Of a stretch of DNA of 22,227 nucleotides, positions 15,437 to 22,227 are shown piece after piece. This DNA comes from an uncultured virus (IMG/VR IMGVR_UViG_2930745263_000001). Taxonomy: Duplodnaviria > Heunggongvirae > Uroviricota > Caudoviricetes. The DNA is taken from IMG/VR virus record IMGVR_UViG_2930745263_000001; one strand, given 5' to 3'. Every line of letters starts with the position of its first letter. Within the stretch, counting starts at the first letter, position 1. The position numbers were made by a program, and so were the translations under genes. The notes below the pieces were generated by a model, which was not told the DNA's origin, did no database searches, and worked only from the letters and a program-made list of their open reading frames with translations.

Positions 15437-15625
15437 ATGATCAATGCCCAAGACCGAGTGATGCTCGAAGCTGCCTACGCCCACGGCGGACGCGTAAAGG
15501 CCGTCGATACGCTCCTCGATACGCTTTTCGGTCGTGGTGGTGAGTGGTCGGACGAGCGCCTGCGTGACGCAGTACGTTTCATTCGAGATCTCCCGCGTGA
15601 CGAAGAGCCTGTCGCAACGGGCTGA
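15437..15625 (+). CDS. Small hypothetical protein (62 aa)
   Basis: GAGAG upstream; helical protein-like sequence; flanked by two hairpins. Confidence 0.55.
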   Translation: MINAQDRVMLEAAYAHGGRVKAVDTLLDTLFGRGGEWSDERLRDAVRFIRDLPRDEEPVATG

Positions 15626-15638
15626 CCAGCCGACAGCT

Positions 15639-15672
15639 CACCTCCCCCAACCCGGATGGGCTGGGGGAGGTG
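15639..15672. terminator. Strong stem-loop
   Basis: CACCTCCCCCAACCC-ggat-GGGCTGGGGGAGGTG. Confidence 0.6.
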
Positions 15673-15721
15673 TTGTGCAATGCCCGGACAAGGCGCCCAC
15701 CAGCCGACAAGACTGGACCGC

Positions 15722-16360
15722 ATGACTACCGACCCTGACGCCCCACCCCAGACAGTGCTCCCGTACGGCCCCGGCAACCGGTGGACCTACTCCTCCAAGC
15801 AGACCGGCTATGTCCACACCGAGGAACTTGCGCTCCTGCCCGACCCGTACGGCTCCGGCTTCACAGACGGGTACACGCGGGACGAGGTCAGCGCGGAGGT
15901 CCTGTGGCAGATGTGGGTCGACAAGTACGCCAGCGTGATGCACGCCGAGTGGCCGGACCTGTTCAGCCCCGGCGAGCTTCTTATCGAGTGGGGAGTCGTC
16001 GGGGCCAACCGGGGCCGCGTCAACGAATACGCTCCGCATGCACGCCGGATCCCCAGCCGCCGCGTCGAGAACATGAACCCCGAGGAACGGGATGCCCACG
16101 AGCGGCTCGAGCGTCTCATCGGCCCGGACCCCGATCCCGAGCACTTCCTGACGCACTTTACGTACCCCGTTCACGCCGTCACCGGGGAGCCCATCAACTG
16201 GCTGCGCCTGCCCGTTCTGGACAGCCAGTGGAACAAGACCGCGGCTGACCGGGGTGGGTTCATTCAGCAGGTGACCGGGTGGAAGCCGTCTCCGCTGCAG
16301 CCCACCATGGATGTCCGCCAGATCGGCGCCGCGGCCGGCCTGTACGTCCCGCCCCTGTAA
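15722..16360 (+). CDS. Hypothetical Trp/Pro-rich globular protein (212 aa)
   Basis: Strong GC3 bias from ATG 15722; no clear RBS, so possibly leaderless. Confidence 0.75.
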   Translation: MTTDPDAPPQTVLPYGPGNRWTYSSKQTGYVHTEELALLPDPYGSGFTDGYTRDEVSAEVLWQMWVDKYASVMHAEWPDLFSPGELLIEWGVVGANRGRVNEYAPHARRIPSRRVENMNPEERDAHERLERLIGPDPDPEHFLTHFTYPVHAVTGEPINWLRLPVLDSQWNKTAADRGGFIQQVTGWKPSPLQPTMDVRQIGAAAGLYVPPL

Positions 16361-16394
16361 CTCACCCGCACCCAGCAGAAAGAAGCGTGACGCC

Positions 16395-16670
16395 ATGACG
16401 AAGCCGAGACTGACCGTCGAGGAGCACCAGCAGCTCGGGTTGCGCCTGGCCGCGATCCGCGACGAGCTCCTGCACCTGGGCACCGACCTGATGAACGCCT
16501 ATCCCAAGTCCGGGCCCGAAGCCGTGCCGGCGCAGAAGCTGACCGCGGCCCGTGAAGCGGTCGACCAGGCGCGCTGCGAGCTCGACAACGCCATGTTCCG
16601 GGAGCACCCCCAGCAGGGCGAGACGACGTTCTACTACCCGCACTCCGAGGACCGCGCCTACCGGCGCTGA
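16395..16670 (+). CDS. Hypothetical helical-hairpin protein (91 aa, MTKPRLTVEEHQQLG...)
   Basis: GC3 bias; amphipathic helices. Confidence 0.75.
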   Translation: MTKPRLTVEEHQQLGLRLAAIRDELLHLGTDLMNAYPKSGPEAVPAQKLTAAREAVDQARCELDNAMFREHPQQGETTFYYPHSEDRAYRR

Positions 16671-16787
16671 CCCGCCACAACCCTGTGCCCCCGGACCGGC
16701 CCTGGTGCGGGGGTGCAGCCGTGTTCAGCCCCGCCCTGTCGGTGCCCGCTGCCACACTGGGCACAGACCCGCACCGAGGAGACCGCC

Positions 16788-17114
16788 ATGGGCCCCGACC
16801 AAACCCCACAGGACGCGCCACGCTGCCCGGCCGCGCACATCGACGACCCCACGCCGTGCGTGGGCCCCCAGGACGCTGTGACGGTCCTTGATGGGGCTGG
16901 TGGGGCTGCGGCCGGGTGTGAGCACCACGGGGCCCGTATGGCGGCGTCCATCGACGGGGCGCGTATCGAGCCGGGCAGTGTCGTCGGGGCGGCGACCCGG
17001 GCATTCACCGCGGCAGACGGCCTCCGACCGTTCTGCTGGTACCAGGACGCGCCGCGCACGAAACCGGCGCAGCTGTCGCATGCGGAGAACCGGGCAACCG
17101 GCGCCACCAGGTAG
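16788..17114 (+). CDS. Cys/His-rich hypothetical protein (CPAAH..DPTPC...GCEHH)
   Basis: RBS GAGGAG; putative Zn ligands. Confidence 0.75.
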   Translation: MGPDQTPQDAPRCPAAHIDDPTPCVGPQDAVTVLDGAGGAAAGCEHHGARMAASIDGARIEPGSVVGAATRAFTAADGLRPFCWYQDAPRTKPAQLSHAENRATGATR

Positions 17115-17134
17115 GCGTCCCGCACTTGGATTTG

Positions 17135-17160
17135 AGCCCCCGGCCTGATGGTCGGGGGCT
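17135..17160. terminator. Stem-loop between convergent genes
   Basis: AGCCCCCGGCC-tgat-GGTCGGGGGCT. Confidence 0.7.
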
Positions 17161-17179
17161 TCGTCGTGTCAGCCTGCGG

Positions 17180-17848
17180 CTACTCCGCAACGTCATCATC
17201 GTTGTCCGCGGGCTGAGGGACCGCCTTCGCCCACACCCGGTTCGCCGCCACCATCAAGGCTGTCGCCACAGACGCAGGCACAGCCCCGTCCTCCAACAAG
17301 CCCGACGCCGTCTCACTCGACACGATCGCCGTCATCAGCAGCCCGAACGCTGCGACGAAAACGAACGCCATGAACAAGCGGCGCTGAACATCCCACGACA
17401 GTCCCGCACCCTCCACGGCTGCAAACGCAATACCCTCCTCGCCCAGCTCCCCCAGGTCTGCGTCGGAGCCGTCCAGCACCAGCTGGTCCAGATCCGGGTT
17501 GGCGTGGGCGATCGCGTCGAACTGGTTGAGCATGTCCAGCAGGTCCCTGCGCGCGGCCATCCCCAAGGCCGGCACGTGGAGGGTGTCGGTAATGCGGTCC
17601 ATCCACGTCGTGTCCAACGGTTCCAGTGCGCTGCGGACCAACTCCTCGGTCTGGCGGTTGATGTCGGGCAGGACGTCCGCCAGGAGCTGTTCCACCATTC
17701 GCCGGCCCACCGGCGCGAGCATGGTCTGGATGCTGTCCGCGAAGCCCTCGAGGGCCGGGTTCGGCTGGGAAGGGCACAGTTCGGCAAGCCGACGTGATGC
17801 GGCGTTGAAAGAGGGCTCAGGTGAGCTGTCTGCGTATGCGGTGGTCAT
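17180..17848 (-). CDS. Hypothetical membrane protein with two C-terminal TM helices
   Basis: 222 aa; acidic helical N-terminus, hydrophobic LFMAFVFVAAFGLLMTAIV and AVPASVATALMVAA; opposite to neighbours (moron-like). Confidence 0.65.
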   Translation of the reverse strand: MTTAYADSSPEPSFNAASRRLAELCPSQPNPALEGFADSIQTMLAPVGRRMVEQLLADVLPDINRQTEELVRSALEPLDTTWMDRITDTLHVPALGMAARRDLLDMLNQFDAIAHANPDLDQLVLDGSDADLGELGEEGIAFAAVEGAGLSWDVQRRLFMAFVFVAAFGLLMTAIVSSETASGLLEDGAVPASVATALMVAANRVWAKAVPQPADNDDDVAE

Positions 17849-18174
17849 GCCCGGGAGCTTTCCATAGGACGCTGACGCTCAGGTCTGGTCTTGCGTTTTG
17901 GGCTGTTCAGACGTTGAGGGCGGCCCGGGTGCGGCGCCCGTCGGGCCGGTGGTCGGTGCCGCAGATGGTGACCGCCTTGGGTGGGCGGTGAGGCGGTGTA
18001 GGACGTCCTCGTTGTCCACGACGCCCGCGGTGTCCTGGGCGGTCGGGGCGGCGTGGGAGAGGGCCAGGATGCACACCTGTCGACCTGCGCCAGGTCGTAG
18101 GCGCGGCCCCGGCGGTGGGTGGTGGTTCGGCGGGATGGGGTGACGCCTCACATCACCCCGTTCCATGCAACGTC

Positions 18175-18204
18175 TGGCGTATGCCATACGATTCCGGGTA
18201 TGAT
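18175..18204 (+). promoter_or_regulatory. Putative rightward promoter with overlapping palindromic operator
   Basis: -10-like TATGAT at 18199-18204; palindrome CGTATG-c-CATACG at 18178-18190. Confidence 0.4.
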
Positions 18205-18359
18205 GGGCGCCTGCCTACCCGAGCGGGGGGAGTAACCGGCCACATCCGCGCCACCCTGAAAAGGCCCCCGTTCCCGCCCTGGACCACACCCGCCGCCTCC
18301 TCGACACCCCACCCACCCCGCCCATCCCCGGACAACTCGACCTCACCAGGGAGGAAGCC

Positions 18360-18923
18360 GTGACCGTGACCACCAATCCTGCCGCCACAGCCAGCTACCG
18401 CCGCTACCACTACGACCCCGACCCAGCCATCGGCGGCAACACAGCCCTCCCCAACCTGCCGCCGCTCGAAGCCACCCACCTCGCCCACACCCACCTCCGC
18501 ACCTACCCCACCCTGCGCAGCATCCAGGCCGACTCCTGCGGGGCGCTGACGCTCCTCCAGGGCAACCGGCGCATTGCCCTTGCCCCGGGCACTGCAATCC
18601 ACCCCAAGCGGCTCACCGCCCGCCAGGCCAACGACCTACTCCTCATTGCCCAGGTCGGTTACAGGGCGCACATCACCGTCCTCCCAGGGCGAGGGCCCGC
18701 CATCGACGCCGGTCTCAACCGCATCCCCCCGGCCGCAGCGGAACGGCTCATCCGTTCCGGGTGGGCCGCCACAACTGGCGGGCCCGGGGCGCGAGTGTCG
18801 GTGTCCCTGGCCGGGACAGTCGCGCTGGCCTGGCGGGCGTGCAGAGACCAGTCGGTGCCATCAGGTGAATGGGCGGCGCAAATCGCAGAGTCCGTCTTCG
18901 AAGCATTCGCCCCCACCCCGTGA
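18360..18923 (+). CDS. Hypothetical phage protein (187 aa)
   Basis: RBS GGGAGGA before GTG. Confidence 0.7.
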   Translation: MTVTTNPAATASYRRYHYDPDPAIGGNTALPNLPPLEATHLAHTHLRTYPTLRSIQADSCGALTLLQGNRRIALAPGTAIHPKRLTARQANDLLLIAQVGYRAHITVLPGRGPAIDAGLNRIPPAAAERLIRSGWAATTGGPGARVSVSLAGTVALAWRACRDQSVPSGEWAAQIAESVFEAFAPTP

Positions 18924-18935
18924 CCACAGCAGCAC

Positions 18936-18964
18936 GCCCGCCCCTGTTCGACCCAGGGGCGGGC
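18936..18964. terminator. Perfect 11-bp stem-loop
   Basis: GCCCGCCCCTG-ttcgacc-CAGGGGCGGGC right after the stop. Confidence 0.55.
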
Positions 18965-19008
18965 GCCCGCTCACCGTACCCCCGCCCCGCACCCGTCTGG
19001 AGACCACC

Positions 19009-19980
19009 ATGACCACCACACCCGCTGACACCCTCCGCACCGCCGCCGACCGCGCCCGACAGATCGGCGACCCGCTGTACACCGTCCTTGCCTCGCTGCT
19101 GGACGCCGTGGCGGTGGATGCCATGGCCTGCCGGTGCGTCCCGGAGTGCCCGACGCTCGCCGCCCTGGCGGTGGCCCGGCAGGTCCTCGGCACCACCACC
19201 GGTCAGCCGGCTACCGCACCCTGGCCCCCGGCGGTCGTCGCGCGCCCGGATCACGAGCTGTACGTCACGCTGCGGAAGCACGGGCTTGACCCGGCTCCCG
19301 CACAGCAGATGATCGACACCTACACCCAGACGATCCTTGCTGGGCAGGGCGCGCCCGCCGTCGACCGGGCCACGGTCTGCATCTGCGGGCACACCGAGGC
19401 GCAGCACTTCGAGGACGTCTGCCAGGTCTGCGACTGCGGCGACTACCTGGTACCCGAGGCGGCCCGGGAGATGATCGCCCACCTCCGCGGCGCCGCGCTC
19501 GCGAAGCAGGACGGACGCCGGGCCGCGACCCTGCGCGAGGGTGCGGACCTCATCGAGCAGGCGCTTATCCACTCCGTCGCCCCGGCGTCCAGCGAGCGTG
19601 ACGAGGTATGGGACCAGGCCGTGCGCGCCGCCGCTACCGAGCTCCGCAATGTGGCCGACGGAGTTGCCGCCGAGGCGCAGCAGCCCACCCCCGACGAGGA
19701 CGAGTCCTGCGGCAGGTTCGTGCCGGACACGCCCCGCGCCCCCGGCCTGTGCGCCTCGTGCGGCGACGCGAAGGGGTGGCACAGCCTCCTGGCCACCGCC
19801 GAGCCCGCCACCCCGCCCGCTGCCCCTGCCATGCCCGAGGAGTCGAAGCCCGCGGTGCGGATGTGCCCGGCGAAGCACGGGAAGTGGGGCCGGATCTGCG
19901 ACCAGGCCGACGGGCACACCGGGTTCCACTCCGGTCCGATCCCCAACGGCGGGGTCACCTGGGAAGGCGACGCCCCGTGA
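19009..19980 (+). CDS. Mosaic multi-Zn-finger-like phage protein (323 aa)
   Basis: RBS GGAGA; motifs CRCVPEC, CICGH..QH..VCQVCDC, CGRF...CASCG..WH, CPAKH...CDQADGHTGFH. Confidence 0.75.
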   Translation: MTTTPADTLRTAADRARQIGDPLYTVLASLLDAVAVDAMACRCVPECPTLAALAVARQVLGTTTGQPATAPWPPAVVARPDHELYVTLRKHGLDPAPAQQMIDTYTQTILAGQGAPAVDRATVCICGHTEAQHFEDVCQVCDCGDYLVPEAAREMIAHLRGAALAKQDGRRAATLREGADLIEQALIHSVAPASSERDEVWDQAVRAAATELRNVADGVAAEAQQPTPDEDESCGRFVPDTPRAPGLCASCGDAKGWHSLLATAEPATPPAAPAMPEESKPAVRMCPAKHGKWGRICDQADGHTGFHSGPIPNGGVTWEGDAP

Positions 19981-20189
19981 CCGCCCACCCGATCGGTGTC
20001 GAGGTGTACTGCGACGGGCCCGCTGGCCGCGACGACTGCCCCGACAGTGCCGCCGTCGAAGCCCGGTTCACCTCCCGTACCGCCCGCGAGGTCCGGGCCG
20101 ACGGACGCCGAGACGGGTGGACCACCCGCCGGGCCCCCGGCCGGCTCCTCGACCTCTGCCCCCGCTGCCGCACCCACCCCGCCTCGTGA
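19977..20189 (+). CDS. Small Zn-ribbon protein (70 aa, YCDG...DCP...GW...DLCPRC)
   Basis: GTGA overlap at 19977-19980; CD...C...GW...CPxC pattern common in actinophages. Confidence 0.7.
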   Translation: MTAHPIGVEVYCDGPAGRDDCPDSAAVEARFTSRTAREVRADGRRDGWTTRRAPGRLLDLCPRCRTHPAS

Positions 20190-20328
20190 CCCCTGCGCAT
20201 GTCGTCCTGCACGTGGCCCTGTGCACCGCCCTCGGGACCACAGCAGCACTCCTGCTCCACCACGGACGGCACAGGCCCGGACACAGGCACACAGCACACC
20301 GCAACCACCACCACCGAAGGAGCACCCG

Positions 20329-20805
20329 ATGTCCCAGCCCCTGCCCGACGCACTCGTTGACTACTTCGTCCAGCGGAGCGCAGAACGTGCCGACGCCGTC
20401 ACCAAGTTCCTCGGCAACCTCACCGACCGCGAGCGCACCCTGATCCGCGAAGCCGCCGTCATGGGCTACGTCCACGGCCGCCGACACCCGCGCGACGAGG
20501 ACCACCCCAAGGACGCCGCCGTACTCCACCTCGTCGTCGACGCCTGCCTCGCAGCCCCCGACCTGTACCCGGCCATTGCTGCCGTCCACGAGCAGACCAC
20601 CAGCAGCACGCTGAAGTACCTCATCGAGATCCAGCAGCCCGACGGGACGTGGGAGCAGGGCAGCAGCTCCTCGCCCGACCCGGAGTACATCCAGCAGCAG
20701 CTTTCGGTGAAGCGGGCCAAGCATCCCGAGTGCGAGTACCGGATCGCCTGGCGCACCACCACCGTCACCACCGGGCCGATCCCCAGGATCGTTCCCGCCG
20801 CCTGA
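20329..20805 (+). CDS. Hypothetical phage protein (158 aa)
   Basis: RBS GAAGGAG; GC3 bias. Confidence 0.75.
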   Translation: MSQPLPDALVDYFVQRSAERADAVTKFLGNLTDRERTLIREAAVMGYVHGRRHPRDEDHPKDAAVLHLVVDACLAAPDLYPAIAAVHEQTTSSTLKYLIEIQQPDGTWEQGSSSSPDPEYIQQQLSVKRAKHPECEYRIAWRTTTVTTGPIPRIVPAA

Positions 20806-20875
20806 CCTTCGCGCCCACCCCGTCTTGTGGCCGCCCCACCCCGGGGCGGCCACCCACCACCCGGAAGGACCCCCC

Positions 20876-21091
20876 GTGGACCGCATCTACATGGACCGCA
20901 TCCCCGGCAACGAACGCATCCACATCGAGATCGCCAGCAACGAGGTAGCCGACCTCCTCGACGACCTGCCCGCCGACGACCCCGCATGGTTCGACGCCAC
21001 GAAGAAGCTCCGCGCCCTGCTCGTCAAGGCCAACGAGGACTTCGGGCAGGCCCGCCGGGACAACGCCTATGAAGCCGAGGTCTCCCGGTGA
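20876..21091 (+). CDS. Hypothetical protein (71 aa)
   Basis: RBS GAAGGAC before GTG; GTGA overlap with the next gene; preceded by hairpin TGGCCGCCCC...GGGGCGGCCA (20828-20852). Confidence 0.7.
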   Translation: MDRIYMDRIPGNERIHIEIASNEVADLLDDLPADDPAWFDATKKLRALLVKANEDFGQARRDNAYEAEVSR

Positions 21092-21588
21092 CCACCCAGT
21101 CCGACCGCATCCAGCTCAACGACCTCACCAGCGACCAGCTCGACCAGCTGTACGACCGGCTGGACGTCCTGGAGAACGGAGCCCGCGAACGGTCCGCGCT
21201 CCTCGAAGAAGCCCGCGACGCCCTCGAAGCAGCCGGGATCAACGAAGCGCACGGCGGAGAGTCCTGGCCCCGGCTCGCCCCTGCCATCGAGGCCTTGGCC
21301 GCCGACCGCGACCGGTACGAGGAGGTCGTGGGTGAGATGAACGAGAAGGCGATCGACCTCACCCGCCGGATCGCCGAGCTGGAGACAGCCGCCGCCCCCG
21401 AGGTGGACCGGCGTCCCCTTCACGCCCGGCACGTGGCCGCCCTCACCGACGCGTACCCCGACCTCCGGCACACCGCCGACCACATCGCCAACATCAGCCT
21501 CGCCGTCCGCGACGAGCACGTTCGGGAGCTGGAGCAGCGGGTCGCCGAGCTCACCGCCGGCCAGTGCACCCACCAGCCCACCCCGTGA
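21088..21588 (+). CDS. Coiled-coil phage protein (LNDLTSDQLDQLYDRL)
   Basis: Heptad-rich; N-terminal motif recurrent in Streptomyces prophage early genes. Confidence 0.75.
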   Translation: MTTQSDRIQLNDLTSDQLDQLYDRLDVLENGARERSALLEEARDALEAAGINEAHGGESWPRLAPAIEALAADRDRYEEVVGEMNEKAIDLTRRIAELETAAAPEVDRRPLHARHVAALTDAYPDLRHTADHIANISLAVRDEHVRELEQRVAELTAGQCTHQPTP

Positions 21589-22044
21589 ATCAGGCCGCCC
21601 CCGGCCGGAGGCGGGCATGCGAAAGCCCCGCACCAGGCAGGAGGGGCGCCGGCGCGGGGCAGCATAAGGGGGCGGAAATGCCGGAATGGTGGCAGGAATA
21701 CCAGAGGACTAGACCCGTGCTGCGAAACACTCCGACCCTGAATGACGGAATTCGGGTTGTAGCCTGTTCCGGTATCCCCACCACTTCCGAACTTGTAACG
21801 GGATTCCGCTGCGAGAGACCACACCCGAACACACGGTAAAGGTTTGGCCAGGAATCCCGTCGTGTGGCACAACCCGCCTACCAGCCCGTAGACCAGAGGG
21901 GGTTGCCCCACGAGCACCATCATGCCGCCCCCACACCACGTAAAGTCACCCCCACCCGTTTATCACCATCAAGCATGCACAAAAAAGGCCGCACACGATC
22001 CGTGGCACACACCATGACAACCGCACGGGGGGAATTCACCGAAC

Positions 22045-22227
22045 ATGCACAGCACCCGCAAAGCAGCCCTGAAGAAGCTCCTCGAAGAACGCCGCGCACT
22101 GATCGACCCCACCACCCACAACCTCCCCCCCTACACCCCCGGGCCAGGCCGCCGCCCCGGCCTCACCCAGCAGCAGGTCGCCGACCTGTGCAACGTGTCC
22201 CTCGGCGCCTACCGCAATCTTGAATCC
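22045..22227 (+). CDS. XRE/MmyB-family HTH transcriptional regulator (5' partial; runs off the right edge)
   Basis: Own translation: MHSTRKAALKKLLEERRALIDPTTHNLPP...GRRPGLTQQQVADLCNVSLGAYRNLES; RBS GGGGGG. Confidence 0.75.
   Translation, partial: MHSTRKAALKKLLEERRALIDPTTHNLPPYTPGPGRRPGLTQQQVADLCNVSLGAYRNLES

Larger units (their letters stand above)
1..22227. mobile_element. Part of an actinomycete prophage/phage-plasmid carrying a TraB-type conjugation module (no boundaries visible in window)
   Basis: Co-occurrence of a terminase-small-like gene, FtsK/TraB, Spd-like membrane genes, a GntR repressor, an HTH replication initiator with iterons and many small ORFs coupled by ATGA/GTGA overlaps. 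No integrase or att site seen. Confidence 0.8.

Noticed and set aside
17879..18187. 102-aa minus-strand ORF
   Set aside because: Low-complexity Pro/Thr translation, no RBS, overlaps a hairpin/promoter region; a shorter version from GTG 18076 cannot be supported
20186..20443. Coupled GTG ORF encoding a hydrophobic peptide (MTPAHVVLHVALCTALG...)
   Set aside because: Runs 115 bp into the well-supported 20329 gene; may be a decayed small membrane gene but is unsupported
20877..20903. Short tandem duplication TGGACCGCATC (DRI twice) at a gene start
   Set aside because: An 11-bp micro-duplication giving alternative starts; no evidence of function
1..22227. tRNA, rRNA, integrase, IS transposase, reverse transcriptase
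   Set aside because: No cloverleaf/T-loop signature or catalytic motifs recognised anywhere in the window

Overview
High-GC actinobacterial (very probably Streptomyces) mobile DNA with no housekeeping genes. It reads as part of a conjugative prophage or phage-plasmid. From left to right: (i) a minus-strand phage terminase small-subunit-like gene with translationally coupled downstream ORFs running off the left edge; (ii) an opposite-strand lipoprotein gene; (iii) a ~9 kb leftward operon (11063 to 1997) resembling a Streptomyces plasmid transfer/spread module, with small ORFs, an SpdB2-like membrane protein, a TGTTGTT repeat cluster (candidate clt), a basic TraA-like protein and a TraB-type FtsK/SpoIIIE translocase ending in two winged-helix domains; (iv) a divergent GntR/UTRA (TraR/Kor-like) repressor; (v) an excisionase-like gene, a structured leader with a coupled leader peptide, and an HTH replication initiator carrying four palindromic iteron-like repeats; (vi) an RGHW-motif protein resembling the AcrVA2/FinQ family; (vii) rightward phage early-type hypothetical genes, several Cys/His-rich; (viii) a non-coding GGAAT/ATTCC-rich region and the start of an MmyB/XRE regulator. 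All family assignments come from motif recognition by eye; no searches were run.
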